Shown here: positions 25,059 to 36,486 of the stretch, piece by piece | Numbering within the stretch: the first letter of the stretch is position 1 | Layout of the letters: the number at the start of each line of letters is the position of its first letter | From: Raja brachyura | Taxonomy: Eukaryota | Assembly (NCBI GenBank): GCA_963514005.1 | Contig: OY740792.1 | Span: forward strand, 16,306,001 to 16,370,000 | Length of the DNA stretch: 64,000 nucleotides | Reading direction: 5' to 3' | Made by a program: the position numbers and the translations under genes | The notes under the pieces: model-generated | Seen by the model: the letters and a program-made list of their open reading frames with translations, nothing else | What the model was told of the DNA's origin: nothing | The model's database searches: none

Positions 25059-27007
25059 CAAAAGGATATGATTGAAACAAAATCAAGAATTATAAAACAA
25101 AATACTGATTTTCAGCCATCAAAATACGGAAATGCTCGGTGAAACTTGGCAGCTCTGCAATCATTCACAATCACTTTGTGTTTGAGAATTCAAAATGTGA
25201 TTTGTGATCTTGTTTATGAGTCCCTATGGAACTAAAATTTGTTATAATAGTATGATATTAAAATAGGTTAGTTTGAAAGCGATCATAGTAATGTAAATGT
25301 TTAAGAAGGAACTGCAGATGCTGGTGAGGCAGTACCCATGGAGCGAAGGAAATAGGTGACGTTTCGGGTCGAGGCAACTTCTTCAGACTTAGTAATTCTT
25401 AGTAATGTAAATGCAGCATTTAGTTTGACTTCAACTTTCAAGATGAAAATTGAAGATGAACTCAATGTTGTATTCACATCACTATTCCATGTTGAAATTG
25501 ACGTGGTGAAGTTGTTAGGTCAGGAGAACCATTAAAGGTGCACTGCACACACTAACACAGTCGAACAGTAACAGGTAATCAAATCAACACACAAAACATT
25601 TTCTAAAAAAAGGTTTTATTTACTGCAAAAATTTACAGTATTTTACTTGCAGTTTTTGCAAGCTCCTTTATAACATTTTACATAACATTTTACAACAGTA
25701 CAACGATTATTAAAACAAGGACAACTTCAATTCTTGATTTTTTTTTAAATGCAGACAACAATGATCCCAATATCCCATTCCACCCACTCATTACTCTTGA
25801 TTCAACCAAAGTTATTTCTGAAATATTGGTCCCCGGCTGCAAGGGACTACAAGCTTCGCTCTTGTGATATGCACTGCGTGCACTTATTTCACATAAAACT
25901 TTTGCAATCTTGTCATGCCACCCCCATTTTTGAAAAGCTTTGTACGGGCATGTACAGGGTTACTATACAGGGGCGAAGCATGCACCCCTCTCCTGCATAC
26001 CCCAGGAGACAGATTACTATCATCTCCATCCCCTCCCAAGTATCCCATTCCTGTCCGGGGGCAGCCAGAGATGTCCGGGGTGACACCAGCCCGGAGCAGT
26101 GGCAGCCCCAGGGTTACTGCCAGCGTGGATAAGAATCGTTAACTCCAGCTCAACTCTGCTCCAATGCCCGAGGAACCCATTCCCCGACGGGCCGGGGATC
26201 GGCAGCTGCACTTCTCGCCTTATCCAGTGGCTGTCGGTTAACCCCCTCGGAGAGAGAGAAAGAGAATGTCCTCCAACGCTGCCGGGAGAGATTCTGTGAA
26301 ATTCCGGAGGGTGGGTTTGTGAAGTGAGATAGAAATAAGATCGAATTAATGTTCATAAAAGAGCGATGCCAATCCGCTATTGAGTTGACAGAATTCCAGA
26401 TTAATTCATTGGTAGAATACTTAACGATTTATACACAGATTATAAAGCCAGCACTTCGTTCACTTTTTCTTTATCACGAATGACCTTTGACAAATCTCAT
26501 GAATCCTTGCATTTTTCGGAATACCGAACTCGCTTATTCGCAACTCTCTAATCCTTTCATCTCTGTTCATCTCTGGTCTTTGTCCAACCATCTGCCTATC
26601 ACAACCCCCCCTTGCTTGTGTTCACTATGACCTGCCATGCTTTGTCCAGTCCCTCCACTCTTCTAGGTTTCTTCCTTCCCACCCCCGAAAAATGTTTGCA
26701 GAAGTATCCTGATCTGAAACGTCCTTATCCATGTTCTCCAGGGATGCTGCCTGACCCAATCACTCTAGCATTTTGTGCCTGTCCATGGTTAATCTCCATT
26801 TGCAGTTCCTTGTTTCTAAATAAATATCAGTCCTCCCCAGGTCATGAACAGCCTGTATATACCGTAGTAACACTCACTTGGGCATAGATTTTGACAGTTG
26901 CTGTGCGGCCAAAATATCTCCTCGTGCCTTCTCTCCCCGCCCCTCTCCCTCCTGAGCCACAACAATCGTGGTTTGGGTCGAGCTGTGTGGGTGTTGGAGC
27001 ACAGACG

Positions 27008-27316
27008 ACACAGTGGCGCAGCGGCAGAGTTGCTGTCTTACAGCGCTTGCAGGGCAGGAGACCTGGCTTCGATCCTGACTACGGATGCTGTCTGTGCAGA
27101 GTTTGTAGGTTCTGCCCGTGACCGCGTAGGTTTTCTCCAAGATTTTCGGTTTCCTCCCACACTCCAAAGACGTATCGGTATGTAGGCTAATTGGCTTGGT
27201 TTATATGTAAAGTGTCCCTAATGTTTGTAGGATAGTGTTAATGTGCGGGGATCGCTGGTCAGTGCGGACTTGATGGATTGAAGGGGCTGTTTCCATGTTG
27301 TATCTCTAAACTAAAA
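27008..27316 (+). mobile_element. HE1-like V-SINE
   Basis: tRNA-like head cacagtggcgcagcggcagag...ttcgatcctga, V-domain, tail ...tatctctaaactaaa. Confidence 0.8.
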
Positions 27317-27639
27317 CTCGCTCACTCACTGCGTTAGTGAGACCGGATGGCGGCCACTTTTCCCATGGCTGCCCATTCACCTCTCACAGCTGTTTCTGTG
27401 ATACACTGCCATACGCTGTTTTTGTTCATTTCCGACATGAGCAGTTCAGTTTAGGAACTATTCTTCGGAACGGAACACTGCCAGTAACCTGGGGATAGCC
27501 TGTAATCCAGGATCTCAACTAACCCTTGTTGATAGAGCATGGTGGAGCGTGGAATTGTACAGTAGGGACAGGTTGGTAGAGGTTCTTTGTCTGATGGATA
27601 ATGAGTGTAAGGCCCTTCTTCTCATATGTGTCAGTGAAG

Positions 27640-27812
27640 AAGTTTTGCATATCTTTCATTCATTGTTCTTTATCTCTCCACATCACCGTCTATATCTCTC
27701 GTTTCCATGATCCCTGACCAGTCTGAAGAAGGGTCTCGACCCGAAACGTCGCCTATCTCCTTCGCTCCTTAGATGCTGCTGCACCTGCTGAGTTTCTCCA
27801 GCTTTTTGTGTA
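27640..27812 (+). mobile_element. Penelope-derived terminal repeat
   Basis: Pyrimidine-rich lead, hammerhead motif, then gatgctgc..acctgctgagtttctccagc. Confidence 0.65.
27723..27750 (+). ncRNA. Minimal type-I hammerhead ribozyme motif
   Basis: CUGAAGA-A-GGGUCUCGACCC(stem II)-GAAAC-GUC: intact core with palindromic minimal stem III (ACGU) and GUC cleavage triplet. Confidence 0.65.
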
Positions 27813-27974
27813 ACCGACGATAGTTTAGAGTTCAGTCTCTGAGCAAAGCTTTATCTGTAATCTTAATGCTACTGCCCTGCAAGGCTGTGTCCTCATCCCC
27901 TTATGATACTCCCTATGCATTCAGGACAGTCAGTCAAAGTTTGTTTGGACTCCATTTACAAGCTACGTTGATGA

Positions 27975-28520
27975 TATGGCCATGGAAACACGCCAGTACC
28001 TCAACTTTCTCTCAAGACTAAGGAAATTCAGCATGTCCCCAATGATCTTACTAATTTCTAAAAATGCACCATAGACAACATCCTATTCGGATGCATCCAA
28101 GGTTGGTATTGGAACTGTTTTACCCAAGAATATAAGAAACTGTAGAGGGTTGTTGTTCACATCGGTCTTGCTCCATCGACTCCATCTACACTTCACACCC
28201 CTCGGGAAAGCTGCCAACATTATCCTTAGTCATTCTCTATTCTGTCTCCTAGCTGGCAGAGGATACAATAGCTTGGAAACATGCATCATCAAATTCGAGG
28301 ACAACGTCTTCATCACAGTTATCAGATTGTTGAACAGACCTCTCATATGTAAGGGATGTGTTCTCAACCTTCCAATCTACCTTGTTGCAGACCTTGCATA
28401 TTTTCTTATTTGCACTTATTCTGTTGCTGTAACACTGCATTCTGGATTCTGTATATTGTCTTTTTTGCGCCATCTGTTGTACTCATGTACGGTATGATTT
28501 GACTGGATAGCATGGAAAAC
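27975..28520 (+). mobile_element. Old Rex1/Babar-type LINE 3' fragment
   Basis: Degenerate L.RLRKF.MSP..L.NF..CTI..IL and GRGYNSLETC..KFED.FI.VIRLLN. Confidence 0.6.
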
Positions 28521-28559
28521 AATAGGAATGCAAGATGCTGCAAAGGATAGTGCACATAG

Positions 28560-28870
28560 TCATACAGCATGGAAACAGGCCCATTGGCCCAACTCGCCCA
28601 TGCCAACCAAGATGTTCCATCAAGCTAGCCTCATTTGTCTATGTTCGGCCCATATCTCTCTCAACCATTCCTATCCAGGTACCTGTCTAAGTGTCTTTTA
28701 AATGCTGTTATTGTACCTGCTTCAACTACCTCCTTTGATAGCTAACTCCATATATCGACTACCCTCTGAGTGAAAAGATTCCCCCATGGGTTCCTATTAA
28801 TTATTTCCCCTCTAACCGTAAATCTATGTCCTCTTATTCTTGATTCCATTACCCTAGGTAAAAGACTCTC
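28560..28870 (-). mobile_element. CR1-clade LINE 3' end
   Basis: Reverse complement of the CR1/HER1 tail (acaggccc..ggcccaac..ccatgcc, acctgtctaagtgtcttttaaat, accctctgagtgaaaa). Confidence 0.75.
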
Positions 28871-29069
28871 AGCCTAGTCTGTCACAGGCATAGCCCTTCA
28901 CTCCATTGAAAGCATCCACATGAGGCGCTAACACAAGAAAGCAGCATCTATCATCTGGGATCGCACCATGTGGCCCATGCACACTTCTCGTTGGTCCAGA
29001 AACCTGAGAATATATTCCACTTTCCAACACCTGTCAGGTTTTTGAACTAACCTGCATAATCCTAATCAT

Positions 29070-29350
29070 AAAAGATACACAAAATGCTGGAATATCTCAG
29101 TGGGAGAGACAACATCTCAGGATAAAAATAATGGGTGATGTTTCATTCGATACCCATCTTCAGACTGAGAGTCAATGGAGAGGGAAACTAGAGATATGGA
29201 AGAGCAAGGTGTGAAAATGACAGTTCAAAGCAGACGCTGGGCAAAGGAATGTAGAATGATTCATTGTTGCTGAGGGGAAGGTGACAAGGAGGCATACAAT
29301 CAGTAAAATTGATCAAAAGGACAGTGAAATTCGTCGAAGAACTAGGGTGG
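29070..29350 (-). mobile_element. Penelope-derived terminal region (longer fragment)
   Basis: cacaaaatgctgg...degenerate hammerhead...cagactgagagtc plus a purine-rich extension that is the reverse complement of the 27640 family. Confidence 0.55.
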
Positions 29351-29371
29351 CATACCTCGCGATGGAACAAT

Positions 29372-31151
29372 AAGCGAGTTTGATATTTCGAAAAATGCAA
29401 TGAATCATGGGATTTGACAAAGGTCACTGGTTATAAAGAAGATGCGAACAAAGCGTTGCTGCATAAACTGATGTAAATTGTTATCTTTAATCATGATTTA
29501 TTTGTAAAAATAAATTTAATCTGAGGAACGGGGGTGTCAGGTAGCGGGAGAGCAGGTGTAACAGCAAGAGAGAGAGGGCAGATGCCAGTGGGTGACAGGG
29601 GAGAGCACGTACAGACCCGTGCCCCATCCGCAGCCCGGGTCAAGCCCGTGTCCCTGGCACCGCAGGCGCTGCCGAGCCACCGCTGGATCGGGGGGGGGGA
29701 CGGCAACTTCCGAGCACCGGCTTTCGGCAGGGGTGCACACAGGGTGCGGCGGCGGCTCGGCTGGAGGGGCAGCATCCCGGAGATAAGGAATGGGTGATGT
29801 TTCAGATCAAGACCCTTCTCCGGAGATGTTGCCTGGCCCACCGCGGCGCCCCGTGTGCATCACCACTGGTGACCGGCGCTCGGCCCCCGCTGCCGCCAAA
29901 CCTCTCCATCTGAGTCACAACACCTTCCACCGAGGTGGCAAACTGACGGCCATTTGACACAGGGAGAGGCGCGGTTTTTCCTCGTAGGAAAGGGGCACCA
30001 CATTACCTAGGGGCACCACATTGATGGCAGCCTCTGCCTACAGTCTGTCTGTTTTTTACTCTTTTTAAATTTTTTGTCAGTTTTAAAGTTTGTTTGGAGA
30101 TTTCTTTAGCTTTTCTATGTGTGGGAGGAGGGTAGGTTAAGGGGGAAACCATTTCCCAGTCACTTCCTGGCGAAGACGCGATTATTCTCTGAGTCGTGTC
30201 CTCGCCCCCCTCCTCGGGGCCTACCAAATGGATTGGCGCAACCTTTCCTGCTGGGAACCCGGGCCAGAGCTTCAGCAGCGGCAGCGCAGCACTGGATACA
30301 TCGCAGAGCAGGTGATTGCTTACCTGGGTCATGTTGGGCCTGCTGCGCCAACATCGGAGCTGTGTTTGCAGATTTTCCAGTGCGGCCGGCGCTGACTTCA
30401 ACATCTCGGAGTCCTAGGGCTCTTTGCCGAGGGCCGCCAGCATTGAACCTCCGCCCAGCGCGGCCTGTGGGCTTCGGGAGTCGCGGACTCCATTAGGGGG
30501 TGGCTGATTCAGATGTCCAAGCCGCTTAAGATGTCCTCCAGTCCCGATGTCGGACTTCTATCACCCGGCGAGCGGGCCTGAGTATCAGGCCGCCCATAGC
30601 GGCGACTGCGGACGGTTTGCGATCCCCCCGACCACGGGAGGACAACAGAGGGTGACTGAATTTTGGAGCCTTCCCTCACAGTGGGAAACTTTAATCCCAC
30701 TGTGTGGGAATGTCTGTGTTAAGACTATTGTGTTATGTGCTCTTTATTACACATTATGGCTGTATGACCACCACACATTTCACTTTACCAATTGGTACAT
30801 GTGACAAATCAAAGTATCTTGTATCTTGTCAGCTGTCCCCGACCTCCCGGGGGACGGACACCCTGGGAGCTGGAGCCGGCGCCGAGCCCCCCCCCCCGCG
30901 CCAGCTGCGAGCCCGTCCGGCACCTCCCCCGGGGGCTCGGGGAAGGCCCAGCGGCGGCTCGGCGGCGGCGGAGACCCGCGCCCAACCATTGACCCCCAAC
31001 CCCGACCCCAATGAGCAGCACGAAGCATAAAGCATTCACTGAAACAAAGGTCTGATAACCAAAGCTAACACACAGCATATCCACACCCGCCAATGTTTAT
31101 CTGTCGCGACCTATGACCTGGGCATGCGCAGTCGGAATACCGAACTCGCTT
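29372..31151. mobile_element. Decayed ISL2EU/Harbinger-like DNA transposon B, opposite orientation to A
   Basis: The left about 140 nt is reverse-complement homologous to about 26395-26535. The right about 45 nt (31106-31151) is reverse-complement homologous to 22277-22322. Same TIR. Confidence 0.5.
29991..30828 (+). mobile_element. GC-rich non-autonomous retroelement with Rex/Babar-like tail
   Basis: Homologous to 4510-5258(-). Ends ...aattggtacatgtgacaaatcaaagtatcttgtatcttgt. Head has duplicated aggggcaccacatt. Confidence 0.6.
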
Positions 31152-31194
31152 TTCCGACCACCTCTTTTATTGCCATAGATTTGTTTTCTAATTG

Positions 31195-31635
31195 TGACGG
31201 CGCTCCTGTACTCTGGGAGGCGCTGCGACGGCGCTCCCGGACTCTGGAGGGCGCTGTGACTGAACTCCCGGACTCTGGAGGGCGCTGCGACTGAACTCCG
31301 GACTCTGGAGCAAAGCTCTGGAGGGCTCTGGGGGGCTCTGGAGGGCGCTGCGACTGAACTCCCGTACTGTGGGGGGCGCTGCGACTGAACTCCGGACTCT
31401 GGAGGGCGCTGCGACTGAACTCCCGTACTGTGGGGGGCGCTGCGACTGAACTCCGGACTCTGGAGGACGCTGCGACTGAACTCCCGTACTGTGGGGGGCG
31501 CTGCGACTGAATCCCGGACTCTGGAGGGCTCTGGAGACCGCTGCGACTGAACTCCCGTACTGTAGGGGGCGCTGCGACTAAACCCCCACACTGTGCTGCG
31601 AGGGGCGCTGTGACGGCGTTCCCGGACTCTGGGAG
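31195..31635. repeat. GC-rich minisatellite with alternating 31/30-bp units (gggcgctgcgactgaactcccgtactgtggg / gggcgctgcgactgaactccggactctgga)
   Basis: About 12 copies of the GCGCTGYGAC core are directly readable just upstream of the PAXBP1 ATG. Confidence 0.92.
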
Positions 31636-31676
31636 CAACTCGAGGCTGCGGCGCTGCCCGGTCGCAGGCGCTGACG

Positions 31677-32163
31677 ATGTTCAAGAAAACGCGCAGAAAC
31701 TTCAGGCGGCGGAATGATTCCGAAGAGGAAGAGCGGGAGGAGCTGTCGAGCCAGGAGCCGACGCATGCAGCTCCGGCAGCCGAGGCCGCGCTCACCAACA
31801 ACAGCCATGAGAAGAGCGCCGAGCCGCCACCGGCGGCGCCGGGCATCTGCGAGCTGGGCCTCGGCCTACCGCTGCCTCCGAGACCCGCCCTTTGCGCTTC
31901 GGGGCTCGGGCCCATCAAACCCCCACCAGGTTTCGATCCTGTCCAACCCTTACCGGGTCTGGTCGCCCCCAAACACACACCCGGCCTGGCTCTTGGCAAA
32001 ACCCTGCCGCCTTTCGACCCTCCCAAAACCTTCCCGGGCCTCGGTCTCTCCAAAATTGCGCCCGTCCTCGCTGCTGCCAAACTCCTCGGCAAAGACAAGA
32101 AAAGAAGCCGAGAAAAAGAGACGCCCCGGGCGGCGTTACTTAGCTTCCAAGATGAAATAGAAG
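31677..32163 (+). CDS. PAXBP1: PAXBP1 (PAX3/PAX7-binding protein 1, GCFC1) coding exon 1
   Basis: ATG with A at -3 in a CpG island. MFKKTRRNFRRRNDSEEEERE...LLSFQDEIE matches the PAXBP1 N-terminus. Donor AAG|gtgagc, 487 nt, phase 1. Confidence 0.95.
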
Positions 32164-34044
32164 GTGAGCGGAGACCCCACTCCCAGGGCTGGGGTTAGTT
32201 TACAACCCTGCAGGGCACTCCGTGGTTGCAAGGCATATCGAAATATACTGTTACAAACAGTTAAAAATAATCATGTCCTGTCCAGGGAGACTGGTAACAT
32301 AAAACCAATTCCGATTTATACCACAGTATTGGATTTTCGTGGTCGTAATTGCTTTTGTTTAAAGTTATAATTTAATTACCGCTCCGCAAGATGCAACTTA
32401 TGGGATCGATTTGGGAGAGATAGATGGTTCAAATAGTAGGTGGGGAAGACATGGTAAGGGTTTGTTTACAAATATTAGGTCCTGAAAGATTCAGTGTTTT
32501 TCTTTAACTTGCTAAAAACATTGAGGCAGCATCTGTTCAGTAAAGCGGCTAACACAGATCATTCAAACACAGATTAGTGGTAAGGGTAGGCCACTTGTCT
32601 TGAGTTTGCTCTGCCATTTAGTGAGATGTGGCCGATTCGATTTTAAACTCGACTGTTAATCTTTCATCCTCTGGTTTACTGAGAACTTTTACTTTTAAAA
32701 TAATCAAAGATGCAACTTGTACAACCCTCTGTGGAACAGTTCCAAAAATTTGCAATCCCCAGAGGAAGTAAATAATGGTTCATCTGATGTAAATAGGTGA
32801 ACCCTTATTTTTTAAACGGTGAAGATACTAGAAATATCTAGCAGGCCAGATAATGTGTGGAAAGATGATCATAATTAATATTTCAGTGCAGTTTCTCTTT
32901 CTACAAATGCTGCCTGACCTAATAAGTGTTTGCAGCATTTTCTAGTTTCAGGTTTCCCTCATCACATTTATGCTGTCAAGCTCCAAATTCTTAATTGTCA
33001 ATAATAGGAAGCTGAATTAAAAGTAGTGCCATTTAATATTTCTTATTCTGAATTCTTTCAAGTGTTCATTTAAAGTTGATGAACAATTGAACATAATGAC
33101 AGTTAACATTAATTTATGATAGTTTACATTTGAAGAAGGGTTTAGGCCTGAAACGTTGCCTATCCTCCACTCCATTGATGCTGCTGCACCCGCTGAGTTT
33201 CTCCAGCATTTTGTGTACCCTTGCATTTGATAAATACACCCATATGAAGCAATACTGATTTGAAAGTAAAAAGAATGTAATAGCGATTTTGTTTTTAAAT
33301 TCTTAGATATTCGCAGTCTTTTTTGAGGCTTGTTAGAAAGATGGAAACATTGGTATATTTTTACTTGCAACCAATGTGGATAGCAAAGTGTCTGCTAGGT
33401 TAGAGTCTGAATAAGGGTCTCGCCCTGAAACATCACCCTTCCATGTTCTCCAGAGATGCTGCCTGACCTGTTGAGTAACTCCAACACTTTATGTCTTTTA
33501 GAGAAAAAAAACCCAATAGTAACATTTTGGTCAACGATGTATGAGCGTAGAGGATAAATGTTAAAATGTAATTAGATTACACAAAGAACTGATTTTAATG
33601 TTCAAGGTAAAATGATGTGCTCAACATTTGAATTACAGTTTTTCTCTCTGCTTTTAATAATGTTCAACTACTCAGTGAAGTTATAATTTATTGTTATATT
33701 TCTTGCCATTGCATGTTTTACAATGGGTTAGTTTTAAAATGTATTATTTTAATTTGCATACTTTCCTTTATATTTGGAGATTATTTTGCTTAGCTTATCA
33801 AAATGAACTGGAAGCCAATTGCTGTTTAGTGGATTTGAATTAGAAACAGATAGAAATCAAATGGTGAAACACAGTTAATGAAAATCTTTATCAGCATAAA
33901 GCAATTTAAATATCATATGTAATATGCTTGAGCTTTGTTTTTGCCTTTGTCGTTTATTGTAACATGGATATTCAGCATTTCGATAGTGAAAAGAAAAATG
34001 ATTGGAAAATAAACCAGACATTAATGCAAAAACGCATAAATTCA

Positions 34045-34592
34045 GAAAACAAATCTGAATGTAGTACAAGAAGTGGTACATAGTGTTCCTTTGCAGAGGT
34101 GTGATTTAGGGTTGTGCAGATGGATTGCACAACTTAATGGATGGAGGAAAATAGCTGTTCCTGAACCTGGTGGGGTGGGACCTCGGGCATCTGCACCTCC
34201 TGCCCTACAGCATTGGCGAGAAGAGGGCATGGGGTGGTGAGGGTCCTTGATGATAGGTGCCTGTTCTTGTAGATGCCTTTGGTGGTGGGGAGGCCTGTAG
34301 CTGTGATAGACTAGGCTCAGTCCACCACCCTCTGCAGCCTCTTGCTTTCCTGTGTGTTGGAATTGCCACATCAGGCCACGTTGCAACTTGTGACAATATC
34401 TTCTACATTGCATGTGTAGAAGTTTGTTGTCGAGTATTCGGTGCCAAATCCCTTTAAATTTCTATGAAAATTGAGGCACTGGTGAGCCGTTTTTGTGATA
34501 TCATTTATGTGCGGAGCCCAGGACAAGTCTTTGGAGATGTTAACACCTAAGAATTTGAAACTCTTAACTCTTTTCACACCTGCCCACCAATG
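34045..34592 (-). mobile_element. Old Rex1/Babar-type LINE 3' fragment (intron 1)
   Basis: VKRVKSFKFLGVNISKDLSWAPHI..ITK.AHQ.L.F.R and IIKDPHHP motifs. Confidence 0.75.
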
Positions 34593-36360
34593 AACACTGA
34601 CACATGGCATCCCAATTATTTGCAGAATATTCATGTTTGATGAGCAGAAGCTAGACATAGCTATGATAAGTACTGCTGGGAATGCTTTCTGCAGAGAAAA
34701 TTGGGTGATACTAAGCTGGGAAAGTTCGTAGTAATATTACAGTGGCAAGAAGATTGGGGTCTATCTTTTCAATTACATCCATTTTGATTTTACCATTGTG
34801 CTGTTCAGTTGCACAATGTACTATGTGGCAAAATAATTTGGTTTGTAACAAGCTGAGAAATAAAAATTGAGCTATTCATTAATGATTATTGTTTATTATG
34901 CAATATTTTGCACATTTGGAGGTTTTTATTGTTGGTGATATATGTCCTAATCATTTTTAATAACATACTGTAATGAATAAAATAATATTTCTTTATCAAT
35001 CACATTGGATTGAAAAATAATTTAACCTGTAAAATTGTTCACAAAGTTCTCAAATCTTTTATAATTGTTACTGCTATTTCAAATTTATGTTATTCAGCCC
35101 ATTACACATCAGGTTACTGAATATTTTCCATTTTATATTGCTCTCATTTAAGCCTCTAATTCAGTGATTTCACAACAGTAAATTTTATTTTTGGACTACT
35201 GCATCAATTTACATGGCATCTCAAGCAGGTGTTTTCTGTTTCCATATGGTGGGGTCATTGCATATTGTTGCATCTTTTTGCAAATCTTGATTGGAATGCT
35301 CCTTAAAGAGCCACTTTCAAATAAAGGCAATTGATTTGATAACATCAGTGTTTGATTTGAGAAGTCTGCTGAGAGATCCCACTCATCAACATTTGGCTGT
35401 CCTCACTGAGAAAATATCCTTGGTGAGCATTGGGACCCATGAGCAGCTTGTGGTTGTACAAAGACACAGCAATGTTACAAATGAGGAACTTTCCATTCTC
35501 CATGAATGGAGAGATGCTCCATGAGTAGATTATTCTGCATAAATAGAGAGATGCTTTTGAGTGAACAGATAATAATTTGTTATGGTCGATATGGCCTGCA
35601 TGAATTCCTCACTTTAACAGCGGGCAGTGAGATGTAGCCTTACCTTCTCGCCCTTCCATCCTCACTTAGTATCATGATCACAGCCCTATTCAGAGTGCAG
35701 ATTGAGGAGAGCTTTTCAAATGATTTACACTGGAGCTAATGACTGAAATGCGTTATGATGTCATAAGAACCAGATTACTCTGGAAATACTTGTGTATGAC
35801 TTCCAATGTAAAATTGACTCCAGGCTTGCGATTCTTTCATCTGTTTTTTCTGTCTATACTTGCAGTGGTAATGTCAGAGGTGGGGAATTTTGAGAGAAAC
35901 GATAAAAAGTATTTCCCCTCAAGCTGTCTCCCAACTTTTTCTCTTCTGCGCCATCAGTCCAAAGAAGGATCCTGACCCAAATTGCTGCCTGTCCATTTCC
36001 TTTTATTGTCCCGAGCAGCTCTAGCCGTTCCTGTCCAGTGCAGGTACAACCCATCGGTCTTGTATAAATTCCTCTCTCATTAAGTCTACTAACTTGTTGA
36101 CAGTAATAGAAGGATTTGACTTTATGGTTAAAGCTTGTGCCTGTGTTTAAAGTACATAATGTCATTGTGATTCCATGCAGTTTCATATCCAGGGAAAGTC
36201 ACAGCTTGCTTTATGCGATTTTTTTGCCCCACTGCATTGGGTAAAGGAAAGATTTCTTTAAAGATCAAACTTTAAATGGACAACACTCTCTGTTTGTAGA
36301 ATTTCTGTTTATAATTTGCACAATGTCTTTAAGCATTCGGGTATTTGTTTGTTTCAACAG

Positions 36361-36486
36361 AAGAGGAGGTCTTTAAAGTGAAGAAATCAAATTATAGTAA
36401 AAAGATTGTAAATAAACTCAAGAAAGAGTACAAGGACGATTTGGAAAAATCTCTGACAAAAAATGATGGGAATTCTCAGTTTTCAA
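36361..36486 (+). CDS. PAXBP1: PAXBP1 exon 2
   Basis: Acceptor tttcaacag|, donor A|gtaagt. Encodes EEEVFKVKKSNYSKKIVNKLKKEYKDDLEKS. 126 nt, phase 1-1. Confidence 0.95.

Larger units (their letters stand above)
22277..26535. mobile_element. Decayed ISL2EU/Harbinger-like DNA transposon A with nested insertions
   Basis: TIR aagcgagttcggtatttc / ggaataccgaactcgctt (17/18 match) flanked by AT on both sides (AAT...ATT). Confidence 0.55.
30830..32200. promoter_or_regulatory. CpG island / PAXBP1 promoter and first exon
   Basis: GC- and CpG-rich block against an AT-rich background, spanning the ATG. NRF1-like TGGGCATGCGCA at 31119-31130. GC-rich sequence also extends upstream to about 29520. Confidence 0.8.

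Noticed and set aside
27008-27080. tRNA-like sequence with A/B boxes
   Set aside because: SINE head continuing into the V-domain and LINE tail; no full cloverleaf.
31195-31635. CRISPR-like array (about 30-bp periodic repeats)
   Set aside because: The intervening sequences are two alternating repeated variants, not unique spacers. No cas genes, and the context is eukaryotic. It is a minisatellite.
31097-32098. 333-aa minus-strand ORF and the overlapping 175-aa ORF
   Set aside because: Stop-free because of the GC-rich minisatellite and the antisense of PAXBP1 exon 1; repetitive peptide with no recognisable domain.
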